From IMG/VR virus record IMGVR_UViG_3300042482_000702, positions 258,478-322,477 of that record: a DNA stretch of 64,000 nt; one strand, written 5' to 3'. The notes beneath the pieces were generated by a model, which was not told where the DNA came from, did not search any database, and saw nothing but the letters and a program-made list of their open reading frames with translations. Position 1 is the stretch's first letter. Every line of letters starts with the position of its first letter. Below are positions 25,086 to 33,286 of this stretch, piece by piece. Position numbers and translations under genes: made by a program.

Positions 25086-25207
25086 TAGTGTAGATAGGAA
25101 TCGAACCTACCTCGATGAATTACTTGTAATATGCACCAACTCTTCTCTCCAATCCTAGTATTAAGGAGTGTTACCTACAAATTACCATCACTCAACCCTT
25201 TTACACC
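25086..25207 (-). ncRNA. tRNA-like RNA with expanded, non-tRNA core
   Basis: GGTGTA/TACACT acceptor and GTAGG-TTCGATT-CCTAT T-arm enclose ~90 nt with no recognisable D or anticodon arm. Confidence 0.5.
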
Positions 25208-25212
25208 ATTTG

Positions 25213-25284
25213 TGACTCCACAGGGATTCGAACCCCGATAATTTCCTTAGAAGAGAAATGTCCTATCCGTTGAACGATGGAGCC
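25213..25284 (-). tRNA. tRNA-Arg(TCT)
   Basis: Cloverleaf; TTTCT-CTTCTAA-GGAAA. Confidence 0.9.
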
Positions 25285-25289
25285 AATTT

Positions 25290-25507
25290 ATTCTGTTACC
25301 GACATAGATTGGTAATTAAGTGTGAAAGCCCAAACCCTTTCACTCCCGTATTATCATCCTGCCACATTCTTGACGAATGCCGACGTTTTCACTTAACCTT
25401 CCGTTAGACATGCGAATCTATGTTTTCTGTATGTGGTGAGTAACTTCCTTCCCCACTTGTGTTTCCGAGATATCGAGGGCACCATACTGTCTAACGTCAA
25501 ACAGAAT
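25290..25507 (-). ncRNA. Candidate multibranched ncRNA (~215 nt)
   Basis: Closing helix ATTCTGTT/AACAGAAT; internal helices GTTAGACA/TGTCTAAC, ACATAGATT/AATCTATGT, TTAAGTG/CACTTAA, GTGAAAG/CTTTCAC. Confidence 0.55.
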
Positions 25508-25717
25508 ATAATTTTTAAAATAGTTTGACCAAATTTTTCACCATTGCGGTCTTAAGGAGCTATGACTTCATCTCCATGTCCGTTATGGGTAATTACTCCC
25601 AGATGGATGACCGGTGCGCCGTTGTCTTTCATCATACTTTTCACCAACCTATGTGTTAAAGGGTTCCGGCAGTGTCCCCGAAGGTTACTTCATATAATTA
25701 CTTTTTCACTATTTTTG

Positions 25718-25789
25718 AGCGAATGGAGGGAATCGAACCCTCATCCCTTGATTGGAAGTCAAGAGTAATGACCATTATACGACATTCGC
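25718..25789 (-). tRNA. tRNA-Gly(TCC)
   Basis: Cloverleaf; CTTGA-CTTCCAA-TCAAG; U73. Confidence 0.92.
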
Positions 25790-25922
25790 AGTTTAGATGA
25801 ACTTCGGACTTGTGTACCGAAATGAGACCCAATAATTAAATCACTAACCCCGGGTGTGGTCTATTCATCTATTTTTTTAAGCTTATACCTTTAAAATAAA
25901 TTTTAATTTTAAGCTTATAAGC

Positions 25923-26096
25923 TTAAACTTTCGTTTTAAGGTTGTTAATCTCCTTCTCGATTCTTTTCTTATCAGAATCAGTTAAAGGAATCTTGGTATT
26001 CATAGTACCCTTTTCGGTTTTTACACCATTTTTTAATTGTTTCTCCAACACTTCAAGAACTCTTTGTTGTCTTGACCTTTTCGCTGCTGTTGCCAT
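25923..26096 (-). CDS. Small basic protein (not in ORF track)
   Basis: MATAAKRSRQQRVLEVLEKQLKNGVKTEKGTMNTKIPLTDSDKKRIEKEINNLKTKV*, 57 aa. Confidence 0.7.
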   Translation of the reverse strand: MATAAKRSRQQRVLEVLEKQLKNGVKTEKGTMNTKIPLTDSDKKRIEKEINNLKTKV

Positions 26097-26118
26097 ACGG
26101 ATTTAGTTATTAAATTAG

Positions 26119-26191
26119 TAGCGTAGGGCAGGTAACGCTCCTGCTTTGGTCGGCTTATGAGACCGATGAGATACTATACCTCCCCCTCGCG
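26119..26191 (-). tRNA. tRNA-fMet-like (CAT)
   Basis: C1:U72 mismatch; TCGGT-CTCATAA-GCCGA; bulged acceptor; T-loop AGCGTTA. Confidence 0.7.
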
Positions 26192-26206
26192 ATGTATTAT
26201 TTTTTG

Positions 26207-26278
26207 CGGTCTATGAGAGAATCGAACTCTCATCTCTACCGTGACAGGGTAGCATCCTAGCCGTTGAACGAATAGACC
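26207..26278 (-). tRNA. tRNA-Asp(GTC)
   Basis: Cloverleaf; CTACC-CTGTCAC-GGTAG; G73. Confidence 0.92.
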
Positions 26279-26419
26279 AAAATTTTCAATCCAAAGGTGA
26301 CAAACCTATAACAATTGAAAGAGAAAGAACCGTGTTTCCCGGGTAGTGACTTCCCGTATTCTGTCTTCCTGTTTTGTTTTACAAAGATAGTTATTAAATC
26401 TTTAATAACCAATTTTTTT

Positions 26420-27025
26420 TTACACCATTTTATTAAGTGTTGGTAAATACCATTTAAATCTCACCGCCATTACTCTAACTGATATAATCACTAATGAAGT
26501 GGTTAAATATAACACATCTGAGTTTAGGTTAAATTTCCTAAGTATGAAGAACACAATCCCCCCTAATATACAAATGGTAGCATATATTTCTTTTTTAAAG
26601 ATAACCGGTATTTCAGCACATAGAATATCTCTAATCACACCACCAAAACAAGCGGTCATTGTACCTAATGCGATACATATAATGGGATGTAGACCAATGT
26701 TTATTCCTTTTTCTAACCCAATCAATGTGAATACCCCTAAACCGATTGTATCAAATATAAAAAGATATATTTTAAATTTCTCTATTAGTTGTTTGAATAA
26801 TAATGTTACTATAAACCCTGTTATTATTACATAGATATAATCTATGTTGAGCATCCATCCCACCGGTGTTCTTCCAATCATTACATCTCTCAGTGTTCCT
26901 CCACCTAATGCGGTTACGAATGTAATTATAAACACACCAAATAAATCCATTTTTTTATCTATGGATACTAAAGCTCCGGATATGGCAAATGCCAGTGTTC
27001 CTATTAGGTCTAATAAATTAAACAT
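26420..27025 (-). CDS. TRIC/UPF0126 (YadS-like) membrane protein
   Basis: Twin repeats AFAISGA..GGGTLRDV and TACFGGVIRDIL..EIP; about 7 TM helices. Confidence 0.88.
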   Translation of the reverse strand: MFNLLDLIGTLAFAISGALVSIDKKMDLFGVFIITFVTALGGGTLRDVMIGRTPVGWMLNIDYIYVIITGFIVTLLFKQLIEKFKIYLFIFDTIGLGVFTLIGLEKGINIGLHPIICIALGTMTACFGGVIRDILCAEIPVIFKKEIYATICILGGIVFFILRKFNLNSDVLYLTTSLVIISVRVMAVRFKWYLPTLNKMV

Positions 27026-27072
27026 TAATCATTTATTTTAAATTAATTGGTCTTAACAATAGACCTTTTTTG

Positions 27073-27144
27073 TGGAGCTACACGGTAACGCTCCGTGTTC
27101 TATGATTTGCAAAACCATTGTAATTGCTTTTATACGACAGCCCC
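27073..27144 (-). tRNA. tRNA-Ala(TGC)
   Basis: G3.U70; ATGGT-TTTGCAA-ATCAT; T-loop AGCGTTA. Confidence 0.88.
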
Positions 27145-27205
27145 AATTTTGGATAGATGAGGTTCTATCCGGACCAGTACCTTCTCCCTTGGGAGATGTC
27201 AGTTG

Positions 27206-27277
27206 TAGCCCCACCGGGAGTCGAACCCGACTTTTATGGATGAAAACCATATGTCCTAACCGATAGACGATAGGGCC
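27206..27277 (-). tRNA. tRNA-Glu(TTC)
   Basis: Cloverleaf; TATGG-TTTTCAT-CCATA. Confidence 0.9.
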
Positions 27278-27285
27278 GTTTTGTA

Positions 27286-27332
27286 TTACCAATATGTCAA
27301 TTAACTTGTTTGTTTTTGATGGTACAAAGATA
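27286..27332 (-). promoter_or_regulatory. tRNA-operon promoter plus boxA-like leader
   Basis: TATCTTTG (27325-27332) followed by TTGACATATTGGTAA (27286-27300), identical to 35462-35476. Confidence 0.65.
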
Positions 27333-27356
27333 ATGCTTTATTTCATTCCACCAAAC

Positions 27357-27494
27357 TTATTCTTCAATAATATTATTCAGAACCAAATCTAATGCGTGGT
27401 CTTCATCCCACTCTGATTCATCAACAACATTTTTTAATCCGTAGGTTACTCCCAATATCGGTGAGTAATCCATAACCAATTCTTCTCTAATCAT
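27357..27494 (-). CDS. Small acidic protein (not in ORF track)
   Basis: MIREELVMDYSPILGVTYGLKNVVDESEWDEDHALDLVLNNIIEE*. Confidence 0.5.
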   Translation of the reverse strand: MIREELVMDYSPILGVTYGLKNVVDESEWDEDHALDLVLNNIIEE

Positions 27495-27631
27495 ACCTGT
27501 TATTATTTTTTAGTTATTTTATCCACATATTTTTTACCTACGGCTACTAATAAAATAAAACATATCAATAATCCACTAATAATAACCACCAATTGTTCTC
27601 CTGTATATTCTTCCATATCTTTAATTTGTTT

Positions 27632-27862
27632 TTACCAAGTATTGGTGTTATAAATACAAAACTCTGAACCCACTTGGGCGTTTCTCCAATCATTCGGATA
27701 TAGATAAAATAATTTATCATCACCGGTACATTCATTTCTAATTACAACAGAATAATCTCGTACTCTATTACTAACCACTAAACCACAATTACAACTCACA
27801 TACTCATTAATAGAACAAGATAAGAATAGTGGGATAACTATAATTAAAATTAATTTTTTCAT
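27632..27862 (-). CDS. Small lipoprotein
   Basis: Probable start MKKLILIIVIPLFLSC; lipobox; promoter TATCTTTG at 27880-27887. Confidence 0.7.
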   Translation of the reverse strand: MKKLILIIVIPLFLSCSINEYVSCNCGLVVSNRVRDYSVVIRNECTGDDKLFYLYPNDWRNAQVGSEFCIYNTNTW

Positions 27863-27980
27863 AACCCTTTTATTTTTGACAAAGATACAACTTAATTTCA
27901 TTCTACCAAATATAAATCAAAAAAAAAATCCACCTTTTTTTGAAGATGGATTTTTAAATATTTTTTTACTTAAATATATA

Positions 27981-28055
27981 TCATACCATCGTCTTCCAAG
28001 TTGTATCTCTACCCTCAGTTCCCGCTATCGTAAGTAATATGTTTAAAGTTTGCAT
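27981..28055 (-). CDS. Leader-peptide-like mini ORF followed by a terminator
   Basis: MQTLNILLTIAGTEGRDTTWKTMV*; TATTTAT at 28079-28085; hairpin AATCCATCTTC-AAAA-AAGGTGGATT plus T-run downstream. Confidence 0.45.
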   Translation of the reverse strand: MQTLNILLTIAGTEGRDTTWKTMV

Positions 28056-28185
28056 TTTTTGTGTTATTGTAATTTCTAATAAATATACGACATTTTGTGA
28101 AAGTGTCAAGTGGTTTTAAAATTATTTTTTAAACTTAATCATAATTTAAGATATTTATAGTAAATAAACTTTTAAAAATTCAATT

Positions 28186-28356
28186 ATGAATAAAGAACAA
28201 ATTTTTGGTGTTATTCGCCACGTATTCACTGCCATTGGTGGTATTGTCATTGCACAAGGTTACATATCTGATAGTATGTACACTGAATTATCCGGAGCGA
28301 TATTAACATTAACTGGTGTAATTTGGTCAATTGTTGCTAAAAAATCTACAGTATAA
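28186..28356 (+). CDS. Small two-TM putative holin (not in ORF track)
   Basis: MNKEQIFGVIRHVFTAIGGIVIAQGYISDSMYTELSGAILTLTGVIWSIVAKKSTV*; TATTTAT at 28152-28158; terminator at ~28365-28392. Confidence 0.7.
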   Translation: MNKEQIFGVIRHVFTAIGGIVIAQGYISDSMYTELSGAILTLTGVIWSIVAKKSTV

Positions 28357-28420
28357 TAAACAGAAAAAGGTTAGAGAAATCTAACCTTTTTTTATGCCTT
28401 TAAGTTAAATAAAAAAAAGC

Positions 28421-28622
28421 TTAACAACCCCGCCCTCGGGTCGTAGCGGGCAACTTGAGAATTACTTCTCGTGGGAATTCCGGAATTGGTTGTGTTCCTC
28501 ACCGGCGTACCAGTCCTTATCTATCCTTTAACCGTATTTCTACGGTGCTACTGTTGGGAGGTCACCCCTATCAACACACCTAGTCCATTAGTTTTTTAGA
28601 GTATGGACACCCCGGTTGTTAA
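28421..28622 (-). ncRNA. Candidate multibranched ncRNA A (~200 nt)
   Basis: Closing helix TTAACAACC/GGTTGTTAA; hairpins GTCCAT/ATGGAC, ACCGTA-GAAA-TACGGT, GAGAA-GTAA-TTCTC (GNRA loops fix the minus strand). Confidence 0.65.
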
Positions 28623-28690
28623 ACTTTTTAATTTAATATTCTCTTACATAACGGCGATTATCGCCGGTATTAACCTAATTGGTAAATAAA

Positions 28691-28840
28691 AAAACAGACA
28701 ATGGGGATTCTCCGATATTTCAGTCTTAGGGGACTAGACGGGCATCATACCCGTGTTTACCCTCGGCGGTCTCTTGGTTTGGTTGATTACTCCAAACCTC
28801 ACCCCTACACTACCACTGACGTAAGTTATAGGTCTGTTTT
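28691..28840 (-). ncRNA. Candidate multibranched ncRNA B (~150 nt)
   Basis: Closing helix AAAACAGAC/GTCTGTTTT; AGGGG/CCCCT, GGTTTGG/CCAAACC and ACGGG/CCCGT helices. Confidence 0.6.
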
Positions 28841-28857
28841 TAATTCTTTGTAAAACA

Positions 28858-29086
28858 ACAGACGGCTTTGAAGTACATCCACACCAACAATTATGACCGA
28901 CTTCACCTTATGTGGAAGTTTAGTTTTACAATATCTATCAAGATTTACCCCAGTCTTTAGGTCGCTATTAATACCTTTAACCCATACTCTCGGAACACTA
29001 TGGAGATGGAATCAAACCATCTAATAACCCGTCGGTTATAGCGTCAGCCTTATATTTCCTATCTTTTGGAGATAACTTTCGTCTGT
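28858..29086 (-). ncRNA. Candidate multibranched ncRNA C (~230 nt)
   Basis: Closing helix ACAGACG/CGTCTGT; ATAACC-GACG-GGTTAT, AGATGG-TTTGATT-CCATCT (T-arm-like), ACTTC/GAAGT. Confidence 0.55.
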
Positions 29087-29120
29087 CACCTTATTCAACC
29101 TTATATGAATAAATCTTTTG

Positions 29121-29227
29121 CCCTTCCAGTGGGAATCGAACCCACATACTCTTAATACATTCTTGGAATGGTTACCGGAGGGAGATGTATTCGTCTCTGT
29201 GTTTTGCTCTTTTTAAACTACAGAAGG
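29121..29227 (-). ncRNA. tRNA-like RNA with replaced anticodon arm
   Basis: CCTTCTG/TGGAAGG acceptor, GTTT/GAGC D-stem and GTGGG-TTCGATT-CCCAC T-arm; anticodon region replaced by ~60 nt containing an AATACAT/ATGTATT stem. Confidence 0.55.
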
Positions 29228-29233
29228 ATTTTG

Positions 29234-29304
29234 CACGTTTGATAGGTCTCGAACCCATACAAATTCTTTTGGAGAGAATTATGCTACCATTACATCACAA
29301 ACGT
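29234..29304 (-). tRNA. tRNA-Trp(CCA)
   Basis: Cloverleaf; ATTCT-CTCCAAA-AGAAT; G73. Confidence 0.9.
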
Positions 29305-29305
29305 A

Positions 29306-29953
29306 TTATTTTAACCATTTTCTAACAGCGTTATCACTAACACCATATTTACGACCTGTTCCTCTATACCCAAGATTAATAATATCTTGTTTTATTTGTT
29401 CTATGGACGGTCTTTCAACTTTTCTATTTTGTTTATTTGAACATTTAATACATTTATCACTTTTTTTATCTTTTGTACTACCACATTCACAATGATATTT
29501 AATTTTATTGGATTTCCCGGAATATGTACTAGTTTGGGAGTGACAATTAGGACATAAAAATCTTAAATTTTCTATTCTATTATCATTATTAACTCCATTT
29601 ATATGGTCTAAATGTAGACTAATATTTTTACCATTCCACACCCCATTATTACCACATTCAATACATTTATATTCAAGTAAATTTTTCTTTAATATTCTAT
29701 TTTTAATTTTTTGTCTTGGAAATGTTGAATTTTCAACAAAAACATCCTCATCTAATCTAACCTCTTTAGGTCCAGTCCCATAATAATTATATTTAGGAAT
29801 CTCTAATCCCAATTTAATTATTCTATCTTTAATGTTCCTATAACCACCCGAACCATTTGGTGATAAATTAAATAATAAAATAACCTCTCTCATAGATTTT
29901 GAATTATTCAAAATTTCAAATAACTCTTCTTTTGTAATAGTTTTTAAGTTCAT
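29306..29953 (-). mobile_element. Free-standing HNH homing endonuclease gene
   Basis: CIECG..LHLDHINGVNNDNRIENLRFLCPNCHSQT; C-terminal Zn finger and HTH (GRKYGVSDNAVRKW); stop codon 1 nt from the tRNA-Trp 5' end. Confidence 0.85.
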
Positions 29954-30184
29954 ATTATGTCTTTTATTATAAATATCTTAAAAAATACCAAAGTTCACCA
30001 TAACCTATGTTTTACCAAAAATAATAACATAATCATTCGTAGTCCCCTGCCGGGCAACCCTCCTACTTTTTCACACAATCCGGATGCCTCCAAATCTAAT
30101 TTTCTTTTTTACCCCTATTAAGAAACGCGTTTTCCGTTCGGTAGTTCAAGCCCATTTTCGTGAGTTAAATAATTATGTTATTTG

Positions 30185-30267
30185 AGTTCAGGGTCGGATT
30201 CGAACCGACGAGGACTTTCGTCATTGGTTTTGCAGACCAATCTAATCAACCACTCTAGCACCTGAAC
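30185..30267 (-). tRNA. tRNA-Cys(GCA) with long variable arm
   Basis: TTGGT-CTGCAAA-ACCAA; U73; variable arm GAC-GAAA-GTC. Confidence 0.88.
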
Positions 30268-30328
30268 ATTTAAAGTAAAATATAATTTACAAATACACCC
30301 ATTTTTGTAAATTATATTTAATGTTAAT

Positions 30329-30574
30329 TTAATAACCTATTTCATCTTTAACCTCCCATTGTTTATCAATGGGGATTCTTTCAATCTTTTCCACCGGAAC
30401 AAATCCGTCAAATCCTTTGTCTTTAACATCTTCAAAATGTTCTATGGTGTCCAAGTAAAATCCAAATTGATATCTAACGTATTGGAACTTCTCTCCGTCC
30501 CAATAAGCGACGTGGTTGTTTCTACAGAAACCATTATACCACCCCTCAACCATTTCATTTTTTGGTATCATCAT
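30329..30574 (-). CDS. Hypothetical protein
   Basis: Probable start MMIPKNEMVEGW at 30574 (AT-rich leader); the upstream part of the longer ORF call is GC-richer and looks structured. Confidence 0.65.
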   Translation of the reverse strand: MMIPKNEMVEGWYNGFCRNNHVAYWDGEKFQYVRYQFGFYLDTIEHFEDVKDKGFDGFVPVEKIERIPIDKQWEVKDEIGY

Positions 30575-30698
30575 TTCTATTTTTATATTAGCACCCTTGT
30601 CTATATAGCCTGAATCTCTCAAGCGCCATGCCTTATTAGGGTCTCTATATAAACTTAGGGTCACGTAGTTACTGGATGAACCCAAATAACTTACTTGC

Positions 30699-30773
30699 TG
30701 AGAACTCATTTGTGTTGATAGAGGCGTTCTCTATACGTTTAATTTACCTATTCCTTTCTCAAGGGAACAACAC
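30699..30773 (-). ncRNA. Pseudoknot RNA motif, copy 1 of 3
   Basis: GTGTTG-TTCC-CTTGAGAAA-GGAA..ATAGAG/CTCTAT..CAACAC-AAATGAG-TTCTCA. Confidence 0.6.
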
Positions 30774-30888
30774 ATCTACCATTTCTGATAGTATCTTTAT
30801 GTAAATAACCAAGACAATTGTACAAATGCTACCACGTATTTCTTTGGTTCACTTATTATTTACAAAGGTTTCAATGTTTAACCTATTT

Positions 30889-31074
30889 TTACAACGATAC
30901 AATTACATTTCTACTTTTGAGAATCTTTCTCAAAAAAACTAATCTTTTTCTATGATTAACATACTCATCAGCATCATTGGCTTTATGACCTCTAAATATT
31001 GATTCGGTTATCTCACAATCCAATTTAATAATTTCGGTTATTATCTCCTCCGTGGTTAAATTACTTTTTTTCAT
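30889..31074 (-). CDS. Hypothetical protein
   Basis: 61-aa ORF overlapping the upstream stop (ATGA). Confidence 0.6.
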   Translation of the reverse strand: MKKSNLTTEEIITEIIKLDCEITESIFRGHKANDADEYVNHRKRLVFLRKILKSRNVIVSL

Positions 31075-31397
31075 ATCTTCTCAAATTCGTCTTCAAATCC
31101 GTACCACTCATCACCATTTTCATCTTCGTACCAACATTTGTATTCTCGCTCGTACCGATTCCAATCAATTCTTGTTAATTCAACTTCATTTCCCCCATCT
31201 TTGTTTATAACCACTTCACCCACTTGGAATGTTTGTGGTGCGTAATTGTCGATTGTTTTACTTTGAATAATTAAATCTCCAACACTTTTAACCTCATCGG
31301 TTTGGATATTGGTGTAATTTCCTCCGGATGATAATTTCCACCCTTTACTATACAACCAAATCGTAAAATCTAAAATTTCTTTTTCTAATAACATAAT
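31071..31397 (-). CDS. Hypothetical protein
   Basis: Probable start MLLEKEIL; promoter TATCTTTG at 31416-31423. Confidence 0.65.
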   Translation of the reverse strand: MMLLEKEILDFTIWLYSKGWKLSSGGNYTNIQTDEVKSVGDLIIQSKTIDNYAPQTFQVGEVVINKDGGNEVELTRIDWNRYEREYKCWYEDENGDEWYGFEDEFEKI

Positions 31398-31426
31398 ACA
31401 TCTGTTTTGTGAGTACAAAGATAATA

Positions 31427-31759
31427 CTATTTTTTACCCAATCCTACAATCGTAACACTTTTAATCTTTTTTTTACCTTTTTTAACTTTTTTCTCAACTT
31501 TTGGTTGGGAAACTCTACTTTGTTTCGCCAATACCTTCCTTGTTCTTTTACACATTTTTTCTAAAATCTCCAATGATTCAAGATTCTTAAAGAAAACAGT
31601 TAGAAGTTCTTCCGATTCGTCTGAAGAATAAATATTATCACCAATCATTCTTGGTTTTAATAATTTATTAAAACTAATAAATGGTGTTTGAGTAATATTC
31701 TCAATTCCCGCACCCATAGACAATTCTCCCAATCCCGCAACAACAATACTTTTTTTCAT
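31427..31759 (-). CDS. Hypothetical protein with Lys-rich tail
   Basis: 110 aa; promoter TATCTTTG at 31783-31790. Confidence 0.65.
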   Translation of the reverse strand: MKKSIVVAGLGELSMGAGIENITQTPFISFNKLLKPRMIGDNIYSSDESEELLTVFFKNLESLEILEKMCKRTRKVLAKQSRVSQPKVEKKVKKGKKKIKSVTIVGLGKK

Positions 31760-31820
31760 AATTTTTATATATTTAATTTCGACAAAGATAATACAATTTT
31801 TTAAACTACCAAACTTTATT

Positions 31821-32330
31821 TTAAAAAAATAAATAAGGTTCCCATTCTTTTGGGATATCGTGATGAACTTGTTTCATTAACATCAGATAATGTGGTCGTC
31901 TTGGTTGAGGTATGTCTTTACCATATTCCTCTAACGTCAAATTGGACTTCTCACCGTTACATCTCCTACAAGCGGTAACCAAGTTGTCCCAACTATCTTT
32001 ACCCCCCTTAGATTGGGGTACTACATGGTCTAATGTTAATGTCTTTCTGTTATTACACCCACAATATACACATTCAAAGTTATCTCTACGATAAACATTC
32101 TCTCTATTTAAAGGAACTTTTTGTATGATTTGATTAACATACTTATATACCCGAATGATTGATGGTTTTTTGATGTCCAATTCAGGATTTACTAATTTGA
32201 ATGATTCCGGATGTTCGTTTATAACATCGGCATTACCTTTATAAGAAATGACGAAAGCCCTCTCTGTGGAAATAATACTCCTCGCCATGAAACTTGAATC
32301 TAAAACCAAAGTTTTTTGGTAACTACTCAC
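31821..32330 (-). CDS. HNH endonuclease (McrA-like)
   Basis: RDNFECVYCG..TLDHVVPQSKGGKDSWDNLVTACRRCNGEK. Confidence 0.88.
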   Translation of the reverse strand: MSSYQKTLVLDSSFMARSIISTERAFVISYKGNADVINEHPESFKLVNPELDIKKPSIIRVYKYVNQIIQKVPLNRENVYRRDNFECVYCGCNNRKTLTLDHVVPQSKGGKDSWDNLVTACRRCNGEKSNLTLEEYGKDIPQPRRPHYLMLMKQVHHDIPKEWEPYLFF

Positions 32331-32360
32331 GATTTCTAATTTTTAATTAAACATTTTTTT

Positions 32361-32960
32361 TTACTCTAAACTATCAGGATAGTATAAAAGTGTTGGATTT
32401 TTCTTTTGGATGTCTATCTCCGGAAATTTTTCTTGGAATTTTCTAACATCAAATTTTCTGGTAATTAAATGAACACCATTTTTTGTTGGGATGACAGCCT
32501 CAACTTTATCACCAACCGGTTGTAAAACAATTAGAAATTTTGACACTTCAAAAAGAGTATCAAAATCTTTAGTATCAATATCTACAATCCATCTTTTTTC
32601 CTGTGTCTTAATTTGACCCACAACCGAATCAAATAAACCTTTTTGGTTTTGAACCCCATTTTTGATTCTCTCAGCAAGAAGTGCTAACATATCCAAAGAT
32701 ACATCACGATGATTTTGTTTTTGGATGTGGATGTAAGCTCTCGCTTTAAACATCTCACATAATTGGATAATCTCATCATACCTTTTCTCCAAATGCTCAA
32801 TACTATCAATACAGTAAGTTTTAATTGTTCTTACTGATTGGTGATTGTCCCTCTCATCGATGGGTTGGTCTTTTTTACGCTTAAAAACATATAACATATA
32901 AAAATCACCCTTTTCGGAGAAATTTAACAATGGTTTCAGTTGTTCGATGTTGTTTATCAT
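32361..32960 (-). CDS. Hypothetical protein
   Basis: 199 aa; WIVDIDTKD and GVHLIT motifs suggest a metal-dependent enzyme, not assigned. Confidence 0.75.
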   Translation of the reverse strand: MINNIEQLKPLLNFSEKGDFYMLYVFKRKKDQPIDERDNHQSVRTIKTYCIDSIEHLEKRYDEIIQLCEMFKARAYIHIQKQNHRDVSLDMLALLAERIKNGVQNQKGLFDSVVGQIKTQEKRWIVDIDTKDFDTLFEVSKFLIVLQPVGDKVEAVIPTKNGVHLITRKFDVRKFQEKFPEIDIQKKNPTLLYYPDSLE

Positions 32961-32976
32961 TATTTCTATTTTTTTG

Positions 32977-33047
32977 TTCCCCCAGGTGGTATCGAACCAA
33001 CTTCCCGATATTAAAAGTATCGTGCTTCACCTTAAAGCTTTGGGGGA
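32977..33047 (-). tRNA. tRNA-Lys(TTT)
   Basis: CGATA-CTTTTAA-TATCG. Confidence 0.88.
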
Positions 33048-33129
33048 GTTTGAGCTCATTTCACTTTGTTATTTGGCTCAAAACATAACTAATTTGAGCT
33101 TAATAATCAAAGTTTGTGAGCCACATTTG

Positions 33130-33201
33130 TTGTTCCGGTAGGATTTGAACCTACGACCGCTGAAGTATCAGTTCAGAACTCTACCGCTGAGTTACGGAAC
33201 A
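33130..33201 (-). tRNA. tRNA-Ile(GAT)
   Basis: CTGAA-CTGATAC-TTCAG. Confidence 0.9.
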
Positions 33202-33207
33202 ATATTG

Positions 33208-33279
33208 TCGGGATAGCAGGGGTCGAACCTGCCGCCTCTTGGTCCCAAACCAAGCGTCTCACCCCAAGACTATATCCCG
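33208..33279 (-). tRNA. tRNA-Pro(TGG)
   Basis: C1-G72, A73; CTTGG-TTTGGGA-CCAAG. Confidence 0.9.
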
Positions 33280-33286
33280 AATAATA

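Noticed and set aside
25545-25615. Additional tRNA-Asp
   Set aside because: Shares the AGACCGCA 3' end and a CGGTC/GACCG stem but has no T-loop or valid anticodon loop; at most a decayed copy
28421-28622. 6S RNA or SRP RNA
   Set aside because: Multibranched rather than rod-like with a central bubble; no SRP domain IV motif
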